DNA of 64,000 nucleotides from Eledone cirrhosa (GCA_964016885.1 OZ024741.1:194370001-194434000); one strand, 5' to 3'. Positions 13,310 to 27,399 are shown, numbered from the stretch's first letter. The notes: generated from the letters alone by a model not told the origin. A program made the numbers and translations.

Positions 13310-14481
13310 TTATGTATATGTATGCTTATGGCTTGGCTAGGTGGTGCTGAGGCGTCCCTCTCAGTGTGTCTATGTGTACTTGTGTAGTTGTGTGTATGAT
13401 ATATGGTGTATGTTATGTGGTGCAGAGGATATGGCTAAAAGAGTGGACAAAGAATCAGGTTACAATGATGCTACTACACAGTCGGAAATGAAGACATGAG
13501 AGTCTGGTGTGGGGAAGAGTTCAAAGTACTGAGTATTATCTCTTCCTGGTCATGCAGGCATCACAACAAAAAGCACCCAGTCCGCACTATAAATGTGGTT
13601 GCCATCCAGCCATAGAAACCAAGCCAAAATCAGTTCTGTGTGAGCTAAACACGGTCCTCTGACCTGATCCCTCACAAAGGGACAGCCCATCTTACCCATG
13701 CTAGCATGGAAAATGGACGTTTAAACAATGATAATGATGATGACGGTGTTCTCTACTCCATCCCCCTTTCTTTCTCTCTCTGCTTCTTAACATCAGACCT
13801 CCAAAATATACACTACAAACTCTTCACAGATTTATAGGGTACCCATTATGGCGTACCCAACCGCATATACAACACCCATCGCAAACAACATGAATATATT
13901 CACAGAGAACACATGTCCCTCGGATGCAATCCACACAAAGCCCACAGGCATGTAGTTGTTTGTGAATGTGACTGTTTGTGAATGTTTGTGACTGTGACTT
14001 GTGCTTCTGGGTCTGTCAGGAGTGTTTTGAATGCTGAATATGTGAGTGCTATCACAACCCTCCCCCCAGTAAATACACACAACACAACCCTTTCCCCCTT
14101 TAACACCCCCCCCCCTTTTTTTTTTCTTCATCCATACCGCAATACCCATCCAGCCCCAACACCAAGCATCAGTATTAAACATCCATTGAAGGATCTACAA
14201 TTAGTCTATCCCTCAAAGCCTCACCGTCTAACCACTATACGGCAACTGCACATGCTCACTTGCATATGTGTGTGTGCACATACATGTACACTAAAAAACA
14301 TGTACACATAGTGTACACACATATACATACCCACACTGCCAAAGTAAGAATGCAAACAACTATCACATTGATCGAGACAAACACGATGGGTAGTTTGTGA
14401 TGAGATGGTAATATGAACCAAAGGTAGTCATGAGTGCATTGGTATTGGATAGGTTATATAAGATTTTAAGGACTGTCTTAC

Positions 14482-14645
14482 CTTTAACAGTCTTTTCACA
14501 GCAGCTGAACAATCGAGGGAGTCTTGTTCATCATCTAAGTTTTTCATGAGCCTTTGTAAAATGATACGTTCTACATTAATTAAAGTAAATCCAAATGTGC
14601 ACATTAACTCGTTAACGATGGCGCCTTTTTTAGATCCTGGTCCAC
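14482..14645 (-). CDS. Internal exon of adenylate kinase (AK5-like) gene with P-loop
   Basis: tcttcag| acceptor, |gtaaga donor, 164 bp (phase 1-0). Encodes (G)GPGSKKGAIVNELMCTFGFTLINVERII..., matching the AK GGPGSGKG P-loop. Confidence 0.8.
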
Positions 14646-15017
14646 CTGAAGAGATAAAAATGTATATATATACATATATATATGAAACAAAGTTTTGGTT
14701 GTTGTGGAAAAGGATGAGAAACATGAGAAATACCAATAATTCTGGTTGAATTTATATCTTCACTTCAGCAAAAAGGAAAAATCTGATTACTTTGAATCGT
14801 AAATATAAAGTTTGATTGTAGTATGCACAAATAAATATAGTGTTCAATAAGATTTCTGTGTTGTGGGGGAGTCTCTTTCTTTAAAAGCACACTACATTAT
14901 GCAACTCATACATCATTGGTGTTGAATCCTGTGGTTAGTGCAGAAACGGAGTTAAATATTGGTTTGATTAAAATAACAGGAGGTCAGACTGGCGATGTTC
15001 CTTTAAAGTTTTATTGT

Positions 15018-15092
15018 TGCAAAAACACTATATATATATTTCAATGGCCTGGTTACATAAGATCCTGGTGACATCATCAGGTGTGGATTGCA
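15018..15092 (-). ncRNA. Decayed type I hammerhead
   Basis: ACAC-CTGATGA-(poorly paired stem II)-GAAA-TATATATA-TA-GTGT, with distal TGCAA/TTGCA. Confidence 0.5.
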
Positions 15093-16596
15093 TAATTAGA
15101 TAATCAATAAAGGAATTATGGCATACACGAACAAAAGAAATGTAGAAAAAATATTGAAAAATATTTGATTCGGAGATGGCCTGCCATCTAGTTATTATTG
15201 TTGCCACAGACCATCCCTGAAAAGCAAGCTAGTCAATGCCAAGCATTGTGGGTTTGGTAGTCTCAACCAGGGTGGGTTTGGGACTAGTATGGTGGGGACA
15301 TATATCCTGTTTTTATAGATACTACTATGCTATTAATAATAGCTACTCTGACCATAGTGACCAGGGTGGGGAGAATAGGCCCTCTATGAATACATACTGG
15401 CCAAAACCAGCTAATTGTAATGGTGGAGATCCGGTTTCAGTAGATATGGAAGTCAGGTTATACAAATTTCTAAGACGTCCAAAAAAAAAAAATTTAATGA
15501 AAGTTGGGTGTTAAATAAATGAACAAAAAGGAATTATGAAGAATATATTATGTACTGGCTACCTTAAGAAAAAAGTAGAAATTAAAAAAAGTTTAAATTA
15601 GAAAAACGTGTAAATTAGGGGTAAGTATAGATAAAATATAGATATACACACACACATACCTATATATGTATATATATTTTTCTATTTATTGCCTGTACTT
15701 TGTTAAAATAATAGATCTAGTTCTCACTAATATGTGTATGTTTGTATTGTGAAGAAAGAAGTGTAGTTTGGCGTTCTATAATGACTGATATGAAGGCCCT
15801 CCTCATCCCCACAAGGTCCAGGAAATGATGCCAGTACTGAGTATATTCATATATTGAAGATGAAGAAAATTTAATTTCAAGCACTCAAGGAATAGAGATT
15901 AATTCCGGCGCCTTGTGTGTAACTTGAAAAGTCCTCAGATAGTCCGTCGGTGATGTAACACATGCTAGATAATTAGATAATTAATAGTAGTGATACTAAT
16001 GATCACTAAGATAGAATTGTGGGGCATGGGTACAAATGTACAGTTGCAGGTAAAACTGAAGAAATAAAAGGTAATATGTAATAAAATTACGTAAAGTTTA
16101 AATTAAAATAAAATAAAATTAAGTACTTAACTAGTGTTGGGTCTTATGAGTCGCTCAATAATATATTTGTAAGTAAAAATAATAAAATATAAATTTATAC
16201 TATAGGATAAGCATATCGATAAAAGCTAACTTTATTTTTGTCTACATTGCTTGTCTGATGAAAATATATGGAATAATCGTTGAATAATGACCTTTCTGTA
16301 CCTTCAAAATGTGCATAACAGGCTGACACAATGGACTAAAACAATGTTGAATATGATACCTTCTCTCTTCCTTTTCCTAGTATATATGTATGTATATAAA
16401 GAGACAGAGAGATACAGGAAGAAAGAGAATGAAAGAGGAAATTGTGTAAAACAGAAAAGTAGTAAATTTGTTTAAAAATATATCATCAAATATTATGTTG
16501 TTATATATACATATATTATATCATTATGTTTTTATATGCTATATTGTAATATATATATATATATATCATTGTTATATATTAAATAGTATTTTAATA

Positions 16597-17247
16597 TAAG
16601 TATGTATACGTACATACATATATGTATACAGACGTACAGTAGTATGTATATACATACATACATGCACACATATATATGTACGTATGGGTTTACCAAACAT
16701 TTATTATAATGTTCGGTTTGTTTGTAAACAAACAACCCAAATTAAGCCGTACAGTGTTTGGCAACTATCGTTGCCCTTTTGTTCAACACTGACAAAGGAA
16801 CGATGAACTAATTTCTAGCTTATTAGCTGTCATCAGCACCATATACCATCCTGTCAGTCTATTGAACGTTTGAAAGTATATACTTTCCTTATGCATATTA
16901 ACGGCTGAGCACTCGATATGCAAATTAGGCTGCTCAGCCGTTAATATGCATAAAGAAAGTATATACTTTCAAACATTCAATAGACTGACAGGAAGGTATA
17001 CTGTGCTGATGACAGATAATAAGCTAGAAACTAGTTAATCGTTCCTTTGTCAGTGTTGAACAAACGGGCAACGATGGTGGCCGAACACTGTACGGCTTAA
17101 TTCGGGCTGTTTGTTTACAAACAAACCGAACATTATAATAAATGTTTGGTAAACCCATACGTACATATATATATGTGTGCATGTATGTATGTATATACAT
17201 ATTACTGTACGTCTGTATACATATATGTATGTACGTATACATACTTA
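16597..17247. repeat. Long palindrome (~315-bp arms, 19-nt spacer) built from the 472-bp retrozyme family; HHR in each arm
   Basis: Arms 16597-16911 and 16931-17247. Minus HHR at ~16799-16842 (GGTG CTGATGA CAGCT AATA AGCTA GAAA TTAG TT CATCG); plus HHR core at 17006-17036. Confidence 0.88.
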
Positions 17248-18699
17248 CATTTAAGTATCAGCCGTACTAAGAGTGAGAAATGAAATTTCATTTTTACCAT
17301 TTAGTATTTTAATATATACCATTATAATAAATGACTGATAAGTTTCAGAAAGCCAATACAATGTGGTAGAAATATATAAAGAAATATTTTTACCCAATAT
17401 ATTTCAACATGATATTTCAGGGCTATTGCCCTCTTTTCAAATGTAAAAATGAAGACCATTCAAAATATAGTGAATGATATCATTACGTTACATTAGACTG
17501 TAATATATCTTCTATATCATTATGTTGTTAACCATTTCATTACCATGTTTCTCATGAAATATGTATACCATCTATTTTATTCAAATGATTCTGTCAATAA
17601 TTAACAATTTGAAGGAATTTAGTAAAAGAACTAATAATATTTAGCTGGAACACAGCATTGTTTTAGTGTCATTAGAGCATCGAACAAATGCTGCTAAGTA
17701 ATTATTCTGGTTCCTTAGATTCTGAGGTCAAATCCCACTAAGGTTAACTTTGCCTTTCATCCTTCCAGGGTTGATAAAATAAAGTACTTGCCACATACTG
17801 GGGTTGATGTAATCGATTTTGCCTTCTCCACGAAAAGTAAAATCATTGTTAAGCTGGAGTTTAGTATGTAGTTTTAAAAAAATATTCTATAACAATATTT
17901 TATGTAAATATGAATATTTTAAAACAAGAGAATTGTCATTATAGAGTTGGGGTAGTTTTAAGCAGGTTGGAATCAAATGGGCTCATTATTATATTATAAT
18001 ATATACATAAAAGGAAACCTACTCCCCATTCTACCCCTTTCCACCCACTCTATATTAAATTGTAGAGAAAAACAGCTGTTCAATGTCATATTATATTTCA
18101 AACTTTTTTTTTCTTTAATAAAACTAATTTTTATTCTTCCATCAACTTTAGTTCACTTTCACTATCTCCACTGCATAACTAAATCCGCCAAGGCTTTAGC
18201 CCCCCCCCCCCCCCCCATCTCCACCTGTCTTCCATTTCCCCCATCAATTTTAATTCCAAATAAAAGAATGGGATTTCCACGGAAGATGAATTTAGAAAAA
18301 AAAAAGGTTAAAAAAGAGAGAAGAAAGGAAGAAAGACAGAAAATAAAGAAAGAATTGACAAATGAAAGAAGGGAAGAAAGGAAGGAAGAAAATGTGAAAA
18401 GACTGAAAGAAAGCAAGCAATAATACGACAATATTAGAAAGGATCATTAAGATATAACAACAATTATAATAATTTCCACGAGAGATGTGGATTTGCAATG
18501 ACAGTAGAGAATCAAACAAAATGCTTTGCAGTGTTAAGTTGCCTTTCATCCTTCCAGGGTCGATAAAATAAAGTATCAGTTAAATACTGGGTTGATATAA
18601 TCAAATCTCTCCTTCCTCCAAATTGTTAACCTTGTGCTAATGTTAGAAAGAATAATTATCTCCATCATTGCACAATCATTTTCTTTCTTTTCAGCCATT

Positions 18700-19915
18700 G
18701 CAAGTATTCTACATTTAAGGGCCATATTTTGTTATCATGCAGCATTGCACTTCATAGACAATCTACAATCTACCCTTCACTCTGAGAGAAAGAAACACTT
18801 TTTTCACGGCAGAATGTTTTCCACTTTGTTCTCACTCTGGCTATTATTCTTTTAGTATATCCACTTTTACTGCTAGCAAGTGCTTCTATCAATCCTTCTA
18901 AGCATTTGAGTGAATTTATTTTGCATGTATTCTTACTACTAACTACTCTTGTGCAATTGTCACTCTCAAAGTCTATATACTTCTTTAGTTTGCCTGTGAT
19001 CCCATTACATCTGTTGTGCACACATTGTATACATTGGATATGCCATATGGAATTTCTATCAATTTCTTTTCAGCAAATCAAGCACAAAAATTTCTTTGAT
19101 GGTTTCAGGAATTTGGCTTTACTACTTACTAGAAATTTGAGGCCTTTTATTTCTAGGTTTTGGCTCCATGCCTGGAATTTCTTCTTTTAGTCTTTATACT
19201 GATTCTGCTCTAAGTATACGATTCCCAGCATACAGGTGTTTCCATTAAAGGTTAGTCCTGAAGTCATCTATTATGGTCTGGAGGACTATAATAAACAGGA
19301 AGGTGCTGAAAAACTGAGCCCTGATGAACCCATATCTGCATGCTTAATTTGTCATTGAGTTCATTGTTTTGTTGACTACATCTCTATTTCTTCACTTGCT
19401 AACTCACATTTGTACATGGGTTATGTGACCTTCACAAAACTTTCATCCACCCCTAGTTTACATAAAGACCACATTACAAACTGTAGAACTCTGTAAAAGG
19501 TTTTTCATATGTTGATGAATGTTTCCACCTTCTTGCCAAGTATAGCTGACATATAACTTTTCATCTAGTTACTTGGAATTGTTCCCTGCTACCAATGTTT
19601 TACAATCATTTCAAGTCTATCTCTTTGTTTTTATTGTTCTATCTAACCTATTGTTCTTCCATCATACCACTTCTCATCTGGCTGGAACCCAGCCTCAGTC
19701 ACATACCTGGTTTGTAGCATTCAGAAGATTATCTCATAAAACTCTTAGTTGTCCTTCATGTTATAGGTCACAATATCCCTCTCTCCAATAAGTACATCCC
19801 TAAACCTACACCTCTTCAATGGCTTCTTAAACTTATGTGTCCTTTAGTTTCTGAATCTGTTGAGTCTGTTGACTCTGAAGTCCATAACCACAAGTCAATA
19901 TTTTGGGTGGTGCAT
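18700..19915 (-). mobile_element. Highly decayed RTE LINE fragment
   Basis: MHNRCNGITGKL, IARVRTKWKTF; similar to other RTE copies. Confidence 0.7.
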
Positions 19916-19957
19916 TCTTCATTAGGGATAGACTTAGGTCTATCTATCTAGCTATCT

Positions 19958-21472
19958 GAACCGGGACAAGTCCATCGGTTTGCAACTCGGATCGTGGAGA
20001 GGCAAATTGATGCCTTCCGATGGTGTCGTCGGACGCTGGACGGAAGGACCGGCAAAGCTGCTCGGGGTCTAGTTTGGTCTGGACCTCCAGGTGGAGAAGA
20101 ACTGGAACAAGGTGATGGCCAAGGTGTTTGCACTCACCTAGAAGTGGGCCGAGTGCAAACTATCCTTGAAAGGTCGAGCGGAGGTGGCGAACACTTTTAT
20201 AGCGTCCGCCATCTACTACCACTTGACCGTTGTGCCTTGTCCAGCCAAAACGCTCACCAAAATGGAGCGTGCGCACTTCCAATTCCTTTGGAAGAAGCGG
20301 GCTCCTTTGGTGAGAAGATCCATCTGCTGCCAACACCCTTCCAATGGAGAGCTGGAGATGCCGTGGCTGACGATACGCAAACGCGCTCAGGCTGCGGCAT
20401 CTCTACGTATTCCTGACTGGACAACCGGTGTGGGCCCCATTCGTGAGGCGAGCCTTCCACAACTCGTCTCGCTGACCGAGCTGCAGTCCTGGGTCAAGCA
20501 AAGACCGAGGAAAATGGGCGACTGGCACATCGAATGTGCTCAGGCGCTCACAGCCCTCTGGCAGGCGGACCTGGCGATCAGTGGAGACTCCACTTTGTCA
20601 TTCTATAGAGGGTTGATCCGCAGTAAGTGCGACGATGCGCTCGGTGAAACTCTAGGCATAGAAGACGAACTGGCCAGTCTGTTCGGTAGGACCTTCCACC
20701 TGGGACCGATGGACACCTACCAAAAGTCCCTGGCTGGGCAGTGCTACTGAGGATCTCTACCAGTTAGAGACAAGCTCTACAGACATGGGCGCCCGGGCAG
20801 GGACCCTTCGAAAAAGATCTGTCCGAGGTGCGTGTGAGACGAAGAAACCGTCGCGCATGCATTCATACTCTTCCCAGGCATTACCGACCTGTGGGGCTAT
20901 GTAGAACGACTATTGTCGCGGGTGGGACCAATCCAGTTGACCACCGAGTCCATTGTCATGATCAAATCGCCACCCTCCTTCAAAAACGAAGGAGAGGTGG
21001 TTTTCCTTGGTGTGATAGCTATGGCGAAAGAGGTTGTATGGTGGACAAGGCTGAGGTTAGACACCTTTCTCTCCGGCCAACAACCGATTCTTTTTTTCAA
21101 ATACCACTTTGGAAGAAGAATCAGGATGGAGAGAGAGGTGCTGTACCCCAGCAAGTTTTATGAAAGGTGGGTGAAAGTGGCGAGAATGGCCCGAGTGAAT
21201 GGGCCTTCTCTCTATATCAGCCTGTAAGTTGAGGAAAAAGAAGAGAGGAAGGGGGGTACAAACTCTTCGTACTCCTGGAGATGAGGGTTGCACATTTTTT
21301 CGGGGGTATGTGTTACCCATATGTAATGCTCCCCCCATTGGGGAAAAAAAAAAAAAAAAAAAAAAATTTTAAAATTGCATTTGTGATAATATTTTACACG
21401 TTTTTATTGTATGTAAACTTCCCCCTTTGTATTTGTCCCCTTCTTTTGTGCCCCTGTGGCTAATAAAGAAAC
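19958..21472 (+). mobile_element. Tx1/L1-clade LINE ORF2 3' part and 3' UTR
   Basis: LKGRAEVANTFIAS, FLWKK, LPVRDKL, CPRC...ETVAHAF zinc-knuckle remnant; AATAAA followed by (CTAT)n. Confidence 0.8.
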
Positions 21473-22139
21473 ATATCTATCTATCTATCCAATTTCCTGG
21501 TGAAATAGAGTTTATATGGCTGTACATTTGCTTAACTGGTAAATAATCTATTTGTTGATGAGTTTCCTGCAGTTAACGTTACAAATTGTCAAGTTATTTG
21601 AGTCAGAGGACTCCAAAAGTATTGATCTCTCCTCACTCCTCAAATCAAGACTCAAACTTCCATGCACACTATGGAATTCATCATGGTGCTGTCCAACATG
21701 TCTATTAAAGTCATCAGTCATGATAACAATGTCACTTTGTTTGTTATTAAAGTAGTCTGCAAAAGGCTCAAACACACACACACACATGTGTGCACAAGCA
21801 CGTGTACACACACACACACACACACACACATACAAACATATTTACACACATACATATACATACACACACAGAAACACACATGTGTGTGTGATGGGGGGGG
21901 GGGGTGTATTTTGTGATAAAAACAAAAACCAAAGTGCTTGATAGAACTGACATTCAGTAGAAATAGAGAGAGAGAGGGGGGGGGGATAATATTAAGTATA
22001 ATTATGAAATAGTTTTATTAGTGAGAACCTTCAAATGTTAAGTAGTATGGCTATGTACAAAACTGATTTCTCAGAAGATTCTCTGCCACTGGATACAATA
22101 ATGTTGTTGATAGTCTTTGTAGTTTTCTAAGACAATCCA

Positions 22140-22625
22140 TTGCAGCAGAGCAGCAACAGTTGCAGTAGCAGCAGCAGCAGCAGCATCAACAGCAATAGCA
22201 GTATCAGTATCAGTACCAACAGCAGCAGCAACAACATCAACAGCATCAACATCAACAGCATCATCATCAGCAGTAACAACATCAACAGCATCATCATCAA
22301 CAGCAGCAACAGCAGCAACAATAGCAATATCAGTAGCAACTACAGCACCATCAACAGCATCAACAGCAGCAACAGCAGCAACAATAGCAGTATCAGTAGC
22401 AACATCAGCACCATCAACAGTATCATCATCATCAGCAGTAACAACATCAACAGCATCATCATCAACAGCAGCAACAATAGCAGTATCAGTAGCAGCAGCA
22501 ACATCAGCACCATCATCAACAGTATCATCATCAACAGCAGCAACAATAGCAGTATCAGTAGCAGCAGCAACATCAGCACCATCAGCAGCCATAGCAGTAT
22601 CAGTATCAACAACAGCAGCAGCAGA
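22140..22625. repeat. Degenerate CAN trinucleotide low-complexity repeat
   Basis: CAG/CAA/CAT-based run with internal ~60-bp reiterations. Confidence 0.85.
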
Positions 22626-23070
22626 CTTTGTATTCTTCACACTCGTGATAGCAAAACACCTTGTGCTTTTGCTACTAATGTTTCATATTGCACAGCCCTG
22701 CATCACTTAACATCCATTTTCCACATTATTTACAGTGATATTATGGTATTTAGTCTGTCATGCTTTCACATGTATTGTTCATCTTCATGGTCTATGGTGA
22801 AGATTGACTTTTTGTAATGGATCAATAACCCTTTTGATACCAAGCCGCCTGAAACCGCCCTTGATTCCACGGTACACAAATGTTTATTTTAAAAACATTT
22901 CAACATAATTTTTGTAAAACTAGTTTAATAATGAGAAATTTAGTTATATTACTAAATCATTCCAAATTCTTGATTATTTTCAAAATCTAAACTATAATAA
23001 AGTAGGGACTGCGTATGGTTTATTTCTTTTAATCCAGTTAGTAAAATAAGTTAGATTACTTTGAATAAAT

Positions 23071-23240
23071 AATTGTTTCTACTTTTGGCACAAGGCCAGC
23101 AATTACCCAGTACATTACTGGTACTTTATTTTATCGACCCCGTAAGGATGAAAGGCAAAGTTGACCTCAGCGGGATTTGAACTCAGAATGGCAAGGGCCG
23201 TAACTCTATGCGTCAAAGCATGGTGTCCGACCCTCTACCG
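23071..23240 (-). mobile_element. SINE family A
   Basis: Matches the family sequence. Confidence 0.8.
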
Positions 23241-23711
23241 CGAATATTACATAATTTATTCACCGCGAATATTACATAATTTATGTACTAAATTTCTTAA
23301 CTAAATTTCGTAAACATAAATAATTTAAAATTGACTTCTTTTCAAAGTTTCATTCACATTTCTACACTTCCAGTATATCGTCGCCACCACCACCACCACC
23401 ACTCCAACTACCATATATATATAGAAAGAGAGTGTGTGATGAGAGAGATAGAGAGATTATGATTTTCTACACGCTGACGCGTATGAGTGTGCCCATACCT
23501 ACATCTATATGTATGAGTATACAACTATTATGAGTATATAACTATAATCGTGCAAACACAAACACACACATACAGTCATGATAGCAGTGTCGGTGAATTG
23601 GAAATGGGAGAGTAAAACAAGTATAACGTTTTATTTATTCATTAACTCTTTATTTATTTATTAACTGTTTTTTTAAAACTCATTTAATATAATGAAAACA
23701 CTAACAAATAT

Positions 23712-24051
23712 AATTGTTTCTACTTTTGGCACAAGGCCAGCAATTATCCGAGTGTATTACTGGTACTTTATTTTATCAACCCCGTAAGGATGAAAGGCAA
23801 AGTTAACCTCGGTGGGATTTGAACTCAGATCGTAAAGGGCCGTAACTCTATGCTGCAAAGCACGGCATCCGACCCTCTACTGATACTGCCAATCCACCAC
23901 CCTTTTAATAATTGTTTCTACTTTTGGCACAAGGCCAGCAATTATCTCAGTGCATTACTAGTACTTTATTTTATCGACCCCGTAAGGATGAAAGGCAGTA
24001 AAGGGACGTAATTATGCTGGAAAACATGGTGCCTACTGATACAGCCAATTC
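23712..24051 (-). mobile_element. Two tandem SINE family A copies (second internally deleted)
   Basis: Copies at 23712-23903 and 23909-24051. Confidence 0.8.
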
Positions 24052-24218
24052 AATATAATATATACAAAGGAAAGGAAAAAAAGAAAGAGAAAAAATACAC
24101 AAACACGTAATACACACATCTTAGATCACATAGAACAAAATGCAGACGAAAGAGTGGTAAAACGAGCCGCTACCAGAGCAAAAGATAGCAATATAGCGAG
24201 GAGCACTAGGAAACCTCT

Positions 24219-24660
24219 CTAATAATTTTTGAGGCAGGCAAGCACGTTCGCAGCGTTACCTAGGGTGATGGCGATGCTGAGATGCTGGAACAACCAAGTG
24301 CCCTCACGAGCATCACCAGTTACCTCTTTTTGACGAGCCGTCAGTGAAGATAAGAATCTCGCTGTCAGTAGCCCGACTCCCCCAAACGCCTCGAACGCCA
24401 CAGGCTGGATAATGTAGTTAGCTGACAGAACACGGTATTTTAGGATTTTGTTCCGTTCAGCTGCGGATGCTGTAGCTCTCGCCCTTACCGCTGCATCCAG
24501 GATGTGGGAAGAAGCAAAAGAGTCACTAACTGTGACGTCCCAGGTAAGGCACCTGCCTCTTGACCAGGAGTATAGAGTAAGACCATCAAGTCTTTTCCTA
24601 TCAATTCAGGACAACCCAGATGGTTCCAAAATTGAGGGGATGTTTGCCAAAGCTCTTGAG
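24219..24660 (-). mobile_element. Non-LTR retrotransposon restriction-like endonuclease C-terminus (CRE-like)
   Basis: DGLTLYSWSRGRCLTWDVTVSD...AEQNKILKY...PVAFEAFG...FQHLSIAITLGNAA. Confidence 0.7.
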
Positions 24661-24879
24661 TGGTAATAGAACAGTGTGTGTATGTGTGCGCGCGTGAGTT
24701 TGTCGGCATTTTTAAATTAGAGACACGTGTGTTTGTGTCACTGTTTTTAAGTTAGACATATATATGTGTGTGTCCCTTTCCTTCCATTTACACACACATA
24801 CATTCACACAAACACATATACATTGCGTGATGGACGGGTGGACAGAAGTCCCTCAAATTTATATACATGTAAAGAATTC

Positions 24880-25310
24880 TACTGAAGCAGTTAGAGAAGT
24901 TCAAGTATCTTGAAGCCATGTTCATGAGTGATGGAATGCAGGAGGCTGAATTAAGTGCAAGAATTGCAAAAGCTGATGCAGTAATGCGCCAGCCTCAGCA
25001 TTCAGCAATCAGAAGAAGGGGGTAGGTGTAAAAGCCAAACTCGCTGTCTTCCTGGTATTTCTGCCAACTCTTACCGAGGATCATGAATCTTGAGTAATGA
25101 CCAAAAGAATACAATTGCAAATAAAAGCGGCAGAAATGGGATTCCTCCGAAGAGTCTTTTGAGTAACGTTACTCGATAAAGTGCATAACTCAGAGACCAG
25201 AGAGTCACTCCTGATAGAGCCACTACTTCTCCGAATTGAGAGATCACAACTCCGATATTATGACCAAGTGGTTAGAATGTCTCAGTAAAGAATTGCTGGA
25301 CATATTTTAC
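24880..25310 (+). mobile_element. Decayed RTE LINE RT C-terminal fragment
   Basis: VREVQV/FKYL-like and AAEMGFLRRV remnants with stops. Confidence 0.6.
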
Positions 25311-25754
25311 ATAAAAAACACGTAAAATACAGAATCAACATCCTTCGTAACTCATATGAGAAATGTAAACAACTAATAATTGTAACTTATTTCTATTTCT
25401 ATAATACTTATACATGCACAATTATTAATCTATATAGATATTTATATACTTACAACCTGTTGTAATGTAATAAGATAAAATCTACTTAAACCATAATTCT
25501 TCATATAATCTAATTGATTATATATACAATATTATAACTCATAATATAGCTAAATAAATTTAAATTCTGGAATCATATTCCACCATTCCCGCAAATTGTT
25601 AATTCCTTTTAAAGTAACGTAAATACAAGCTCTTCTTTCTTTTTTTCTTCTTCCTACTTATACATACATATATCCTAATTATTTAAATTCCGCATAGGGT
25701 CTAAAAATAACGTTTTTTCAGCCCTATACCTCAACCTCATTAATTGCTACACGG

Positions 25755-27015
25755 GTAAAGGAGATGCTCTAGATAGGGGAAACTATAGAGGCATTAAGTT
25801 AGTTGATCAGGTCATGAAGGTCACAGAAAGAGTTATAGCGCAACTAGTCAGAGAGCGAATTGATCTAGATGAAATGCAGTTTTCTTTTCCTTGTACGACA
25901 ACTACAGGAGAAGTACCTAGCTAAAAGTAAACCTCTCTACACAGATGATCTAACTCTCATAGCTAAATTGATGGCTGAACTAGAGAAGAAATTCCAAACA
26001 TGGAAGCATGGCCTAGAATCAAAAGGCCTTAAAGTTAACTTGTCTAAGACTAAAGTTATTGTATATAGAAAGGAAAATAGGGCACAGGTGCCCTCTGGGA
26101 AATGCCCATGCTCAGTGTGTAGTAAAGGAGTAGGCAGAAATTCCATTTTATGTTCCAAATGCAAATTATGGGTACATAAGAGATGTAGTGGGATCACAGG
26201 TAAGCTATCTTAGAATGTAGATTTTATATGTGGCCGATGCTCAGGTCCAATAAGTAGCAAGAGCCCACAGGATACTAGCTCCTTCTATTGCCCAGATGGT
26301 TCTATAGAAATAGTGGAAACCTTCCGTTACCTGGGTGACAAAATCAGCAGTGGTGGAGGGTGCTGTGAAAGTACAGTGGCCAGAGTCCGAACAGGATGGA
26401 AAAAGTTCAGAGAGCTTATACCACTATTGGCCACTAAAGGTTTCTCTCTAAAAATGAAAGGCAGATTGTATGATGCCTGCATAGGAACAGCAATGCTACA
26501 TGGCAGTGAGACATGGGCATTGTGTGCAGAGGACCTGTGCAGACTGAAGAGAAACGAAGCATGCATGCTCCGTTGGATGTATAATAGTAATATACGCAAA
26601 CGGCAAAGCATAAGTGAACTAAGTGAGAAATTAGGAATAAGAGGGATCAGATGCTGTTTACTCGAGAGAAGACTACGTTGGTATGGTCATGTGATGCGCA
26701 TGAAAGACGACAGCTGTATAAAAAAGTGCAGGGCGATCAAAATTGATGGAAGTTATGGAGTAGATCCAGAAAAACCTGGGATGATTTAATAAATTCTGAC
26801 CTTACACACTTACATCTCTCTAAGACAATGTCACTGGACCAAGATCTTTGTCTCTATGCAGTAATACAAAAGACCCGCCTTGCCTATGTACAAAGCGAAA
26901 CCTACAGTCAGTAGGCACTACTTAATCAAATATACACCCCCATCCTACTACCCCTACTCCACCCCCACTCTGACCACCCTTTCTCTGTAAATTTATGTTG
27001 GTACCACAACATCCA
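25755..27015 (+). mobile_element. RTE LINE fragment
   Basis: NYRGIKLV, RQLQEKYL, FRYLGD, LHGSETW, RLRWYGHV. Confidence 0.88.
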
Positions 27016-27113
27016 TAAAACAAATTTTGCCTTGGTTGCCCTTGAAATATATATAATAAAATAATTATGGTTTTATAAATATAGTTTCCATTTATTAATA
27101 TATTGAATATTGA

Positions 27114-27301
27114 AGGCGGTTGATTGGCAGTATCGGTAGAGGTTCGGACGCCATGCTTTCCAGCATAGTTACGTCCCTTTACGATCTGAGTTCAAATCCC
27201 GCCGAGGTTGACTTTGCCTTTCATCCTTACGGGGTCGATAAAATAAAGTACCAGTAATGCACTGGGTAATTGCTGGCCTTGTGCCTAAAGTAGAAACAAT
27301 T
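27114..27301 (+). mobile_element. Full tRNA-derived SINE family A (Meta-domain-like body)
   Basis: A box TGGCAGTATCGG, B box GAGTTCAAATCC, GACTTTGCCTTTCATCCTTACGGGGTCGATAAAA..AGTACC. Confidence 0.85.
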
Positions 27302-27399
27302 AATATATTGAATATTTACTCCAGTTATTTGTTGAGTGCTTTATATCAGTTATAAAACTTTTAAGCTTGTTGAATCCCAACAAATTAAATATAACTTTT

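Noticed and set aside
17407-17444. Minus-strand HHR-like ACAT-TTGAAAA-G-AGGGC AATA GCCCT-GAAA-TA-TC-ATGT
   Set aside because: Two core mismatches and short stems; possibly a relic but not distinguishable from chance.
22071-22817. Poly-S/N/I, poly-A/D/V and poly-L ORFs
   Set aside because: Open in several frames on both strands because of a CAN trinucleotide repeat; no splice or homology support.
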